Under the pieces are notes generated by a model. The model was not told the DNA's origin, did not search any database, and saw only the letters and a program-made list of their open reading frames with translations. A program made the position numbers and the translations under genes. From Octopus sinensis (taxonomy: Eukaryota), in NCBI RefSeq assembly GCF_006345805.1, contig NC_043008.1, positions 930,001-994,000 of the forward strand: a DNA stretch of 64,000 nucleotides. Direction: 5' to 3'. Positions 13,146-26,223 of this stretch are shown one piece after another; position 1 is the stretch's first letter; every line of letters starts with the position of its first letter.

Positions 13146-13361
13146 TGAAATAAAACGATTTCTGTTCAATCTGCGTTCAGCTCCATTTCTTCAATTCACC
13201 AATAATGTTTTAATTTCAATTATCCGCACCAACGCACGGTTGCAACGCCAGATGGTTGTACCTCCAACCGTGCTGTTTACTGCTGTGATTTTTGCTACTA
13301 AGGTATCGGTTAAACTTTTGATTAATCTACTACAAGATTATTCATCTTTCTATTTCACATA

Positions 13362-13397
<36 letters not shown>

Positions 13398-13421
13398 CTG
13401 TGCTTGTATGTGGTGTGTGTT

Positions 13422-13460
<39 letters not shown>

Positions 13461-14219
13461 ATGTATATGTATATCTATCTCTCTATCAAATACACACACA
13501 TGTATATGTGTGTTTGTGTGTGTCTAGGAAATTAGGAATTAAAATCAGATCAAGAATGTTAACATTATCAGTTGCACATGCACAATGCATATCTTTTGTT
13601 TTTACGCTAAATTTGCGGAGGGAAATGATAAACTACTATAAATATTATATATACCGAATATACACAACGCAAGGGCTCCACTAAACTAATTTGTCTGGTT
13701 CATTTTCAATGACTCTCTTCAATTGTTTTCCGACCATTATGTAAAACTATCAAATACTACAAAGACGAAATAACAATTTGATGGACCTGCAAAATCCATA
13801 TGTAGTTTTGACCATGGACTTTTTACTTTTGGCCAAGACTCCCATTTTTGAGCTGGCATTTTTTGCTGGCAGAAGATGTTAGAGCCACATTAGCGATTAT
13901 ATAATCCTGAAACTTTCACTGGTTAATTACTATCATATAATGTTGTGAAAGTCTCGGCGATATGTTAGGGATTATTGTAGTAATCTCTAACATATATTAT
14001 TAATATTGATAGACAGAAAATGGACAAAAATGGATGCATGAATAATTTATTTGTGTGATATAAAGATGTTGAAAATGTTTTGAAATAACAATAACAATGA
14101 TGACATCTGTCATTTGTTTTTGAGCTTTGCAACTTATAATTTATTTGTATTGCTATTATAAAAGAATTTCAACATCTTTATGTTATACAAATCAATTATT
14201 CATGTATCAATCTTTCTCC

Positions 14220-14365
<146 letters not shown>

Positions 14366-14367
14366 AT

Positions 14368-14569
14368 ACATGAATCGCTAGCTTCTGCACGCATTTTTTT
14401 CTCTCCTTGTTTCTCTCCGTGTTTCTTTTCTGTGTATCTTTCTGTTGAAGAGCGTAGGCTCGAAACGTCAAAGACTTGTTTTATTTCAATTCCTGAGCGC
14501 CATACTAATACAACTGTTTGTTTGTAATCCACCTGCCTTCGTCTTTTGTTTATTTTCATAAAGCTTCCC
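14368..14569 (+). mobile_element. Short hammerhead-bearing retroelement (family C), 5'-truncated copy
   Basis: Homologous to 33301-33510 (opposite strand); same 3' end cataaagcttccc; both ends in TA/CATA microsatellite. Confidence 0.75.
14437..14474 (+). ncRNA. Minimal hammerhead motif with variant core CUGUUGA
   Basis: TCTTT-CTGTTGA-A-GAGC-GTAG-GCTC-GAAA-CG-TC-AAAGA: stems I and II pair, palindromic ACGT stem III, GUC triplet; A6 replaced by U. Confidence 0.6.
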
Positions 14570-14577
14570 TATATATA

Positions 14578-15471
14578 CAAGGGTTGGACAAAATAATGGA
14601 AACACCTAGCATCACAGCATTGTAATTTTGAAATATCAGTAAAACCGTCAAAAGCTTATTTTTTTAGTTTTTTTAAAATTTATTACTAGTGTTGCTAAAA
14701 TTGCTGTTTATTTTCAGATATCATCAGAAAAAGGTAATTAAAATTCATTAAAATGACAGATTTATCGGACTTTTCAATCAGTGGAGTAAAAACCTACAGA
14801 ATTGATCCCTACAGCAGTAGAAGAATGTTATTTTCTTGGACGAGTCATCCTTTATCTTATTTCCAACCATCGGTCGAGTATACATGTGGCGACAGCCAAA
14901 AGAAGAATTTGACCCAGACTGCCTTCTTCCAACTGTTAAACATGGAGGAGAACCTGTGATGATCTGGTGTGTGTATGTGTGCGGGGGGGGGGTATACCTT
15001 GGTAATCCGCCGGCCCAATGGTTTCACTTCCTGGCAAAATTAATAGTCAACACTAAGCATTTCATCTGATCAATTTCATTCTATGGTTGCGGAACTGTTT
15101 CCGGAGGGAAAAGCAATCTTTCAGGATGATAATGCACCAATTCACTCAGCTAAAGTTGTTACTGAATGGGTCAAGGAACATTGCAGTGAATTTGAGCATC
15201 TTACCTGGCCACCACAGTCTCAATATTATTGAACACATGGTGCCTTCTAGAAAAACAGGGAGTCGATATTCTCCACCATAATTACTACAAGAACTGGAGG
15301 CTGTTTTAGCAGGCGAAGGAACAAAAATTCATTTGGAAACAATTCAAAGTTCGTACGAGTCCATACCTCGGAGAATTGAAGCTGTAATTACTGCCAAACG
15401 TAGTCCTGCCCCGTATTAAAATATATTTGTTTGAAATTTTAAGGTGTTTCCATTATTTTGTCCAACCCCTG
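14578..15471 (+). mobile_element. Tc1-family DNA transposon, internally deleted (894 bp)
   Basis: 30-bp TIRs ca(a/g)gggttggacaaaataatggaaacacct (14578-14607 / 15442-15471), TA on both sides; transposase relics DESSF (D at 14839), TVKHGG, FQDDNAPIH (15122), WPPQS..LNIIE (E at 15231), SIPRRIEAVITAK. Confidence 0.92.
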
Positions 15472-16514
15472 TATATATATAACCAATGAATGGCGATCTT
15501 TTATCTAATTTATTGTGACTTCTCATATCAAGTAACAGAACGATTATAATATATATGGGGGATGGTATAGGATCTTGTGGCGGGTTTAAACTTTCTTCCA
15601 AACAGTTTATTAGCTGTTTCTCTATTACCACGACACACGAGGTGTTGCTGCAAGTCTCTTCATAATTCGTAAAGTCTTGAGGAATACAGGAATTGCTCTC
15701 ATTATTTTTCATCGGCCCTCCGCTCAAAGTGAGATTTAAAGTCAGCGATGTTCATTAAAGTCATCACTTGATGTTCCTGTTTCTTTTTTGTTTAACAATC
15801 GGGTTACTATAAAAATCTATTCAACTTTGCTTTATTAGATGTAAGAACAATGTGAAGCACTCCGATCTCAAGTCTGAATTAAATTTTCATTATGTTAACA
15901 TAATTTTATAACATAAGAATTTTTGTGTATTTGTAAAAGAAAATCTCCCTCCCTTTTTTTTGTTGCGTTTTCAACTTTCGTTGATTTTATATTGTATAGT
16001 TACCAAGTTATGCGTAATGTCTTTTGGAAACGTCTCTGTCTTCCATTTTTTTTATTACTTATAATAACAAACTAGCCACCTGATATTGAATTTCGATAGC
16101 GTACAATTTCATTAGTAAAACCATCGTTCTAACATTGAAATTATTCATCTGTGTTTATAGGTGCGTTACGTCAGTTATTGACCTGTTCGTTTTTTTTTAT
16201 CTCTTACCCTCCATTACACAAACTGTCTTGACCAATATTTTTCAGGCTGTCAGCTTCAAGTAGCTATGGTTTGTCTTCATAATTCATGTACTTTGTTCAT
16301 ATACTTGTTAACCGTTTGACTATTTAACATTTCTATTCCCGCTCTACACATATGCACACAGAGCGTAGGCCCCACCCCGATTCTGTTTTGGAGACCCGTG
16401 GCCGACAAATACGCCTAATTTGTTCGTTGTTTCTTTGAAATTCCCAAACATTTCATCTCTGTCATCTACTTCGCGGTGTACCATACGTGCAAGGCTGATA
16501 TCTGTACTGCGTTA

Positions 16515-16566
<52 letters not shown>

Positions 16567-16587
16567 GTTATTATTATTATTATTATT
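16515..16587. repeat. (TTA)n array at the 3' end of the Dong-B fragment
   Basis: Direct reading. Confidence 0.95.
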
Positions 16588-16900
16588 CAGTAGTTTTATT
16601 TTTATAGCGTGCTTTCACTTCACTACCGAGCGCAGCTCTGTGTGCCTTAGGTATGTGCTGTGATTTGTTGTGATGCTCTGATGGTTATTGTATGGAAAGT
16701 GTTCTGCGTAGGATGTGTGCAGTGCCTAGTAGTGAAATTTTCTGTATGTTATATGTGTTTGTCAGTCCTGGTGCCTTTGTTATGTATTTGTCTGGATATT
16801 TTTTTATCATGCCTAATGCACCTACTATGATAGGAATTGTTTATGTTTTTAGATTCCACATTCTGGTTACCTCTATTTCCAGGTCTTTGTATTTTGAAAT
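16588..16900 (-). mobile_element. R4/Dong-clade LINE, second subfamily, 3'-terminal fragment
   Basis: Minus strand ISKYKDLEIEVTRMWNLKT*TIPIIVGALGMIKK...IQKISLLGTAHILRRTLSIQ* (stop 16685-16687), then a ~100-nt 3' UTR different from the neighbouring copy. Confidence 0.88.
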
Positions 16901-16907
16901 ATTATTA

Positions 16908-16945
<38 letters not shown>
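16901..16945. repeat. (TTA)n array separating the two Dong copies
   Basis: Direct reading. Confidence 0.95.
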
Positions 16946-16946
<1 letters not shown>

Positions 16947-19900
16947 TATGTTTGACTTTTGCTTTATATTTGTACAAGTTGGCTCCAAGTCTCACCCAGA
17001 GACCTCAAGAGACAACAGGGTTGGAAGTTCATGTTGTTGTTATGCCTAGTGTGCCATATATTTGGGGGTGGGGATGTTGTACTAATGAATGTCTAAAAAA
17101 AAAAATTTTTTTTTTTTTTTTTTTAAACCGAAAATTATGGTTGTTTTAAACCTTGAGGTTACATAGAGAGTATTTTGCGTAGGATATGAGCAGTTCCCAT
17201 GAGCACTATTTTGAACTTCTGCCATTTTTGGGTTTCCTGGTATCTGAGTTAGGTAGCTATTAGCCCCTTTTGCTATCATTCCAGGGCACCTATGACAACA
17301 GGTATGTTTTAGTCTTCAGCTTCCACATTTTGCTGATTTCTATTTCAAGATCTTTATATTTGCTCAGTTTTTGGTAGGTCCTGACAGATACGTTTATATC
17401 GATTGGGACAGTCATATCAATGAGGAGGCATGTTCTTTGTTTGAAGTCTTTCAATATGATGTCTGGCCTATTTGCATCTATCTTCCTGTCAGTTTGAATG
17501 GTGAAGTTCCAGAGAGTGAGATGAGGTCATTTTCAAGCACTGGGGGTGGTTTGTGTTCCCACCAGTTTTTTTCATGGGGCAAATCCAGGTTTTTACAGAT
17601 TACCCAGTGAATATATTGTGCAGCTCTATCGTGTCTGTTGAGATACTCTGTAGGCGCTAGAAGACTGCACTTGGAGACCACATGGTCAATGGTTTCATTT
17701 GTTGCTTGCATACACGACACGTTGGACTGCTTCTGATCTTAATATGTTGGCCTGGTAGTTTCTTGTTGGTAGGCATTGATCTTGAGCTGCTATGATAAAC
17801 CCCTCTGTTTCAGATTTTAAGCCAGAGGCCATTAGCCATTGATGGGTCAGGGCTTTGTCGATATCTGCATTATTCGCTCTCTTTGGGTATTTGCCATAGA
17901 GAGGTTTTTCTTGCCATTTATTATTCAGAATATCTAAGCCGCAGTTTTGGCATGGGTTTTCATGCGCCTAGCTTTTTCTGTGCTTGTTTCTTGTATGTCT
18001 ATCTCTAATTCCGAAATTGGTTGTATTCGGAATTCACTTAGATATTCCTTTGCCTGTTTTGTGACTGAGTATGATGCTTCTTGTTTTCATGTTTTGAGAC
18101 AAGTTTTAACATCCAGTCCTCAGAGTTTTTCAGGTAGGTGTCTAGGCCAATTGTAGCAATCTTCATTGTTATTGCCAGTTGCAAAAGACCACGGCCTCCC
18201 TCTTTTCTTGGCAGATAGAGTCGTTCTGTATCTGCCTTAGGGTGGTGCATTCTATGCATTTCAACAGTTTCCTTATTTTTCTGTCGAGCTGACATATTTC
18301 AGTAATTGACCAGTTAACAATATTGAAACTGTAAGTCACGACTGGTATAGCTAATGCATTGATTGCTTCGATCCTGTTTCTTGCATTCAGCTCTGTCTTG
18401 AGTATTGCTCTCACTCTTCGATAGCATTCTTTCCTGATCCTTTCCTCATCTCTGAATGCCTTATTCCGTTCCCTTCAATTACCCCTAGGTACTTGTAGCT
18501 CTCCGCTGGTCTAGTTCTTTTATGACATTCTGTTGGTCAAGGTTAACGTTAGATGTTTCTGTCATTTTTCCTTTGATAAAGGTAGCCTTTGCACATTATC
18601 GAGGCCGAATTGCATTCTGATGTCGTCACTGAATTGTTTGACTATCGCTAGTAAGCCCTTGAGTTGTTGATCATTTTTTGCAAAAAGCTTTAAATCATCC
18701 ATGTAAACGAGATGATTTATATTTTTATCAAACATTTTATACCCGTACTGCGCGTCATTGAGCAGCTTTGAGAGAGGTATTAAGGATAAACAAAGAGGAG
18801 TGGTGACAGTGAGTCACCTGGAAAATGCCACACGAAATTTTTACATCACCAGCATTTAGGGATTCACTGTCACTGTTCAGAGTTAGTGTGGTTCTCCATG
18901 ATCTCATACTTACAGTCAAGAAGTTTCGCAGAGTTGGTGCTATCTTATACATTTCAAGGCATTTCCTAATCCAGCTATGTGGTAGGCTATCAAAAGCCTT
19001 TTTATAGTCTATCCAGGCTATTGATAAGTTTTTGTGTCGTTTGTGACAATCTTCTAAGATCATCTTATTGATGAGTAGTTGGTCTTTACAGCCGTAGGAT
19101 CCACGTTTACATCCTTTCTGTTCATTAGGGAATATGCTGCTGTCTGTTAAAAAAATATAGGTATATTCCGTCAGGACAGATGTAGTGTTTTGTACATAGT
19201 TGTTAAGCAGGTTATGGGTCTATAGTTTTTTGGTTCATTTGTTCTTCACTTTTTGGAAGCAGGAATGTTAACCCATTAACTAGCCAAGGAGGCATCCTAC
19301 TAGGGTGTTGCAAAACATCATTGTACAGTTCTGTTAGCAGTTCATGGCTCTCTGGGAAGGCATTCAGCCAGAAGTTAGGAATTTTATCCTTTCCTGGAGA
19401 CTTCCATTTGCTTGACCTCCTGAGAGCAGATCTTATATATCTTCTACCTTGACACCCTCCCACTTTTGCTCTTCTAAGGGGTCCAGTTCTGTAGATATTC
19501 TGTCAATCCAGGGGGCTTTTTTGTGTGTTTTTTCTTCTGCCCAGATTTATTCCAAAATCTCTGCACTTCTTCTTTTGATGGTACAGACCCTGCAGTAAAC
19601 CTGTTTTTCTATCTTCCTGTAAAAATTCTTGGTGTTATTTTTGAACATGTTGTTGTCCTTGAAAAATCTAACACGCTTTTCATACCTCGCTATGCGGGCA
19701 GCTTTGGCAGATACCTTTTGTTTGATGGTTTCTATGGTGGCATCAATATCAAGTATAGTTTTCATATTGTATTTTTTCAGTAATTTTTGGGTTTTTGTAG
19801 GTTTGGTAGTCTTGTGAGCCTTAAGGTTTTTCAAATATTCAATGTCAGATCTAAAACTTTAATTTGTTGTTGCAGACGCTCTTGCCAAGAGGCTTTTTGT

Positions 19901-21077
19901 GGGACTGTTGCCGTTTTCTAATCTTTACACCACATAGGATCGTTGAGATTTCGCGGATGCATAGTATAGGTGGTTGAGGTTTGTGATATCAACATCATTA
20001 ACTGAAATTATATCCTTAAGTGCAAGCCGGATTTTACCAATTATTTTCATGTTTTGGTTAGAGTTGCGGATTTTAGGAAGTGTATCACGCTCATCCATGC
20101 TGGTTTCTTTAATTTTAGCCATTCAATCATGATTTGATTTTTAGCTCAGTAGTTTTGTTGGGTCAATATTGTTTGTGTGACTTTCTTTATCTATTTGATG
20201 CTCATCTGTCTTAGTGTTATGATTGGTTCAGGGCGTATTTCACTTTGCCTATCACTTATACTAACTCTTTCAATCCTCTCTTCGTTTTTATCCGCCCTGG
20301 GCTGGTCTATAATCATTTCCTCTGTATTATCTTCTCTAGCTGCAGCTTCGTTCATTTTATCCGATATTGCTTGTCTAACCTGATCAATCTCTACTTCAGT
20401 CAGTAATTTCTTTTTTATAATGTTTCTTCTAACATTGGCAAGCTTGTGACTGTCTATGTAGGGTCTTACTTCAGGGGTTTCTGTCTCCAGTTTAAGTATG
20501 CTTGTACAGTGCTAGACTTATCTGTGGGGAAATATATGGCATGGTAGAAGGCCTCAAGAACTTCTATTATCTTCCCTAGACCATTTTTCCTTCTTTTTTC
20601 TTTTGATTATTGGTGATGAGCATGGATGGCCATCTGTTGGAATATTCCGGGTGTGGGGTTCGTCCAGCTCCTGTGTGTTGGGAAGATTGATCCAGTAACT
20701 GATTTTTCAATCAGGATTTGGTTCAGTTTTCGGGTACGTGGTCTTTTGTAATCCGCGCAATGACCAATGCGGTTTATTGTTTGATTTGTTGACCTTGAAG
20801 CATGACGAGCATCCATTCTTATATTAGGAGATGGCTCTGTCAGTTTAGGGTTCACTACATGTAAGCATTGCTCATAGCGCCGCTTTTAAGACTAGCAGAT
20901 CTATATTCGTCTGTATTTTTTTTGTTGATAGTTTTATCTCCGGACATTTTTTTTTTTTTCCTCCTTTCCTCCTCTTTCCTTTCTTCAGGCTTACTGTGTC
21001 TGTATTAGTTCGGAATAATGAGAATAAAATACGGAGAAGGAAACGAAAAGAAAGGGAAAAAGACGACGGATCTGTCA
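16946..21077 (-). mobile_element. R4/Dong-clade non-LTR retrotransposon (RT + C-terminal restriction-like endonuclease), near full length, disrupted
   Basis: Single-ORF domain order readable across frameshifts; 3' end abuts (TAA)n. The 5' limit is uncertain (21077 at a degenerate AAT run, or up to ~21317). Confidence 0.92.
17159..20855 (-). pseudogene. Disrupted Dong ORF: Myb-like N-terminus, reverse transcriptase, CCHC finger, REL endonuclease
   Basis: KWSREDN/EVLEAFY..KLANVRRNIIKKKLLTEVEI (~20380-20590); KSPGKDKIPNFW; AWIDYKKAFDSLPHSW; GIF(Q)GDSLSP; NHLVYMDDLKLF (YMDD 18694-18705); LYLPRKEGGRGL; CRVC..ETIDHVVSKC; RPDIIL..LIDMTVP..KLSKYKDL; GTAHILRKILSM* (stop 17159-17161). Multiple frameshifts and stops. 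Confidence 0.93.
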
Positions 21078-21313
21078 GTTATTATTGTTATTACTATCAT
21101 CTTCACCACCATCACCATCATCAGCAACATCATCATCACCATCATATCTTCAATGTGTAGCCACAGCCACCACCAACACTCCATTGTGTTGGAGAATGGT
21201 GGTTTAAAGAATTCATGTTCTTTGGGACTATAAATAGCCACGGTAGATGGTGGAGACAAGGACGTTAATGATCAGTAAAAGGTCAAACCTGTTTACGTTT
21301 ATTTATTTATTTA

Positions 21314-21317
<4 letters not shown>

Positions 21318-21400
<83 letters not shown>
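21318..21400. repeat. (TTA)n array upstream of the Dong element
   Basis: Direct reading. Confidence 0.95.
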
Positions 21401-21401
<1 letters not shown>

Positions 21402-21621
21402 AGCTGGATGTGTTGTTTTGGAGTGCTATAAGTTTGTGTAAATTTCTCTCGTTTAAAAGGTTTTATACCTCATTTTTGTTGTTGAATTTGCTTTGCAAGC
21501 CAGCTGCTCTTCTGGCAGCAGACTTTTGTGGATCAAAGCCCCATTTGGGGTGGGGTTTAGTATACAACCCTTTTTTTGTTTCAAAATTTTTCGAAAATAT
21601 CTTCGAAGATACAAACATTGA

Positions 21622-22290
21622 AAATGGTGACAGATAGTGGGAACATCAGGTTGCAAGAAGATTTCCCTGTCCTCCCCACCATGACTGTCTGTAGACAGCA
21701 AGAATAGAGGAATGAAGAAGAGGAGAAGAGATAAAAAAAGAAGTAAGAAGACGAAAAACAGACAAGAGGAAGATGGGAAATAAGTTTTCTCTTCAACATA
21801 CTGGTGGAACAAGCCGAAACGGTTTTGATGAAAATAGTAGCAGCAGAAATAGTAACAAAAGCAGCGACTGGTATCGCTGAATAGAAATAGTAGTAAAGGG
21901 ACATTCGCAAATATTACGGCAGCTAGAGAATTTTTCACCATCTCCTTGGAAAATAAAAAGGAAAAACTAGTAAATGGTTCGAAATACGCGAAGGTGAATG
22001 GGAGCGACCATATAGAAAGGGCCTTGAAGGATATATGGCAGTGTGTCGACCTCGTAGCGAGAGCGAGGTAGTTCGGCGGAGTCGAGGTCCTGTTTAAGAC
22101 CGAGGAGCTAGCTATCGAGAACTCTGAGGCGACTCGTGGTACCAAGGAAATCAGCGAGGAAGGGGTGGTAGGAATTACGGTGGCAGACGTCCTGCCAGAG
22201 CTGGATATGTGTTGGATTCTCGTCTCTATTTACACACTCTGTATTTAGGCGAAAATCTCCTGGGCGTAAAAATATTAAGCGGGAGAATTC
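21622..22290 (+). pseudogene. Decayed gag-like ORF1 (N-terminal part) of a non-LTR retrotransposon
   Basis: Plus-strand relic GTFANITAAREFFTISL...HIERALKDIWQCVDLVARAR*FGGVEVLFKTEELAIENS...VVGITVADVLPELDMCWILVSI with several stops; assignment from recalled resemblance to mollusc LINE ORF1 proteins. Confidence 0.5.
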
Positions 22291-23654
22291 ACTACTAAAT
22301 TTACGAAGAATCGACCGCAGTGAATGCAATAAAATTTACATTTGCAAGAATTTGGAGCTAAAAATATTCAATAAACTTCAGAAATTAAAATTATAGGTAA
22401 TTTCTTGAAAAATGAATTTATAAAAGAAATATTTGCAGACGGTCAGGTTTTTGATATTGCTTTCTTTTAGTACTTTTAGTCATTATTACATACCTAATAA
22501 ATAAGCAGATTTCTTCGTTAAAGTATAGAGTTTTTATAGCAAACAACTGAAATAGTTGTAGTGGAATAATCGGTTTCTAAAGTCAATTTCTTTCTGTAAA
22601 GTACATCTCCTCAAAATTTAGCGTCAGAAATTACTAGTGGTCAGGTGGAATTTGTTTTGGGACACTTAAGCACATAAAAAGACCCCGTAGATGTTAGGGT
22701 ATCAAAATATGTTAGGTAAGTTGCAACAACTCAACAATGTACTAAATACTGATCACTCTAGATAAATATGGACAAGAAGCTGCCACGAACTTGCTGTTTG
22801 TTAGTTGTCTTGTAACAAAAGCTACAGATGCTGTGATAACACAAATTGCATCGGCATCTGCTATCTGCAAAGGACTAATAAACCCGATTTCAAGCAAATA
22901 GGTTCTCAGCAAGGGATACGAACCTATTCTCTACAACGCTGTTATTCTCCCAATTTCGAAGCAGAGTGTTTATGCGACATAATAGGTGGGGCGATGTAAA
23001 ATGCGCGTCGAAAAATGCACATCGTAAAAAGTTAATTACATCACCTTATATTTTATCGAGCACTAGAGCAGAAGATTAGATGGAAACAGGGTGATCAAGT
23101 GAAAGAAAAACGACGCAAAACAGCTAAAGAACAATGGTAAATTGCACATAACATACATAAATCTAGCCTTTGTGGCATAGAGTCTGGATATACGATAGGA
23201 AAGGATTAACCTCATAACAGCAACAAGCAGAGCAGCTCAGTGTGGAGCGTGGCGATGGACCAGCTGAAGTAGTTAGGGAGGATCTCAATACATTGGAGCA
23301 TAGACATATGTGTGCGTATTTGTGTGTATGTAAATAGATTGTCATAGATATGTAAGAGTAGAAAGGTTTTATGTAAAATCTGTTCAAGTGTGTGTTCGTG
23401 GATGTTAATGTATTATAGGTGAACATATGTCTATAGATATGCGCATTGATAGAGTAATGGAAACAAGAAAGATATGATGGTTGCAATATATTTCGTAACA
23501 GCTAATGTAATCGCAGAAACACGCAACGATCATCGCAATCAGTTTCCAACTGTTTGGTGAGACTGAATCGATAATCATTAAAATTACATTTATAGATGAG
23601 TAGACCTGAGAGAACCTACAATTCTATCGCTTCATCTCTATACATAAATGAATA

Positions 23655-23673
23655 CATATACACACACACATAT

Positions 23674-23738
<65 letters not shown>

Positions 23739-23759
23739 ATATATACATATATATTATAT

Positions 23760-23808
<49 letters not shown>

Positions 23809-23900
23809 TATATACATATATATACATATAATATATATACATATATATACATATATATATATATATTATATATATATATATAAACTTATACACACACACA
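23655..23900. repeat. (TA)n-rich microsatellite block
   Basis: Direct reading; similar blocks at ~10270-10760, 24850-25110, 26160-26290, 28810-28985, 45605-45735, 48330-48790, 51475-51705, 62280-62600. Confidence 0.95.
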
Positions 23901-24637
23901 CACGTAGGCATACATATAATATATACAAAGACGTGTATAGAGAGACGAAAATAAATAGAACACAGGTACACGCATATATTAATGTAGAAACGAAGCTTTG
24001 AATATTCACATACTTAGACACACATAAACACAGATAGACATAACTAATGCAATTATAATTATGTATACATTGCATATCGGCGTGAGTCTATGTATTAATA
24101 ATAGGTAGCTATTCTTTTATCTTTAAGAATATGTGTAGATATACATATACAGATATACTTACATATATATGAGTGTGTGTGTGTGTGTATGCATATAAAG
24201 TAAAGCATATATATGAACACAGGTAAGCGTAAAAATATACATCAAACATATATATATACAGATACTCACACGTATACAGACATGTATATTTATATGTAGC
24301 CAGGTATGTTAACTTTAACTAATGTATACATGTATGCTGCACTTACAGGTGTATATTAATGGATGCCTGCAAAGCTAAGTGTGTAGATGTTAAATCATAT
24401 ACAATTTTAATCATATTTATTCTAATAATCCTGTACACGTCTTGCTAGACATATATACACTTGACTGAAATATCAATTAGATTACATAATCCTTAATTAC
24501 ACAATCGATGCATATATGTTGCTAACCTTCATACACGTATGCACACACGTTTCCGTACATATCTACGTGTATATAAACATAATTATGTAATATATGCATT
24601 ACTATGAATGTGTGTGTATACACGCATATGGATTTAA

Positions 24638-24683
<46 letters not shown>

Positions 24684-24976
24684 GCACAAACACCCCCACA
24701 CATATATATGTTTATATCTACATCTCTCTCTATATCTGCATACATATATATGTATGTATGTATATGCTTAGATATATGTATATATATATATATAAATATA
24801 CCATCACACACACACATATATGCGTATGTATAAATATATACACGCGTTTGTGATATTTATAAATATATATGTTTACACACCACATTCACACGCACACATA
24901 TACATGCATACATATATACATGCACACATATATACATATATATATATATACATGCATATATATATATAATATATAT

Positions 24977-25109
<133 letters not shown>

Positions 25110-25923
25110 CGATATATGCACAGATACATTAAGTAACTACACATGTGTGCAATGTATGCACATTAAAACAAATTTATGTACATAAATAAAAGAACAGAGG
25201 AAGTTTTTATCAGCTGGAATCTACCTAGGAATCTGATTAAAGACGAGTAAAGAAAAAGACAGACGTGGAGGAGCGAGAGTGGCGGGGGGGGGGAAGAGAG
25301 AAAGGAAGACAGACGGAGAGAATGATAGAGAAAGATATATAAAGAGAAAAGCTGTGTGAGAGAGAGAGAGAAAGGCAGATGTGGCAAAGTGAATGTGAGA
25401 GAGAGACTTAAATAAGTATATAGAAAAACGCAACTATATACAAAAACAAAAAAAAAAAAACAAACTTAAATAACAACTTAGATTAAATCATCACTGTTCA
25501 TAATCAGCTTTTCAATAAGTTGCACACGTGAGAACAACAAGAAGAGCAAGAATAACAATAAAAATAACAATACAAATAAATGCCAAATAAATATATATAT
25601 AAAAATAACAGAAAATGAGAAATCACACAACAGCATGATCATGGCGCGTCTTTCTTTCTTTTCTCTTTTTTGCAGATATTGGCTATTGTTTGCTATCGTT
25701 CTTTTCGTGTTTGTAGTTGTTGTTGTTGATGATAATGATGGTGATGTTGTTTTTAGAAGCTGCAACATTAAATTCCTCATAAAGATTGCTCTCTTTCAGC
25801 AGCATTATACTCGCAGATTGTTGATTAGCTGACTTAACAGAGAATGGAGGAGGAATATAACACGTACAAGCAAAAGTATATCTGTAGACACACGCACACA
25901 CGCTCACACGCATGCAGATACAC

Positions 25924-25998
<75 letters not shown>

Positions 25999-26175
25999 TA
26001 TCTGCATATGTATGTCAGTGTATATTTCCCCTTACAAATTTATTTATATCCATATAAATATAGAATACAATATTACAATATAATTGATAATAGTTATATG
26101 TATACATACATACATGTATATATGTTTGCATACATGTATATATGTGAGTGTTTGTACGTGAGTATATATATGTAT

Positions 26176-26223
<48 letters not shown>

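Noticed and set aside
13236-13275. 9-bp inverted repeat GCACGGTTG/CAACCGTGC beside the fold-back
   Set aside because: Too short to distinguish from chance; no associated structure.
21453-22145. 230-aa minus-strand ORF, the longest non-repeat ORF in the track
   Set aside because: No recognisable motif; it is antisense to the purine-rich LINE ORF1 relic on the plus strand.
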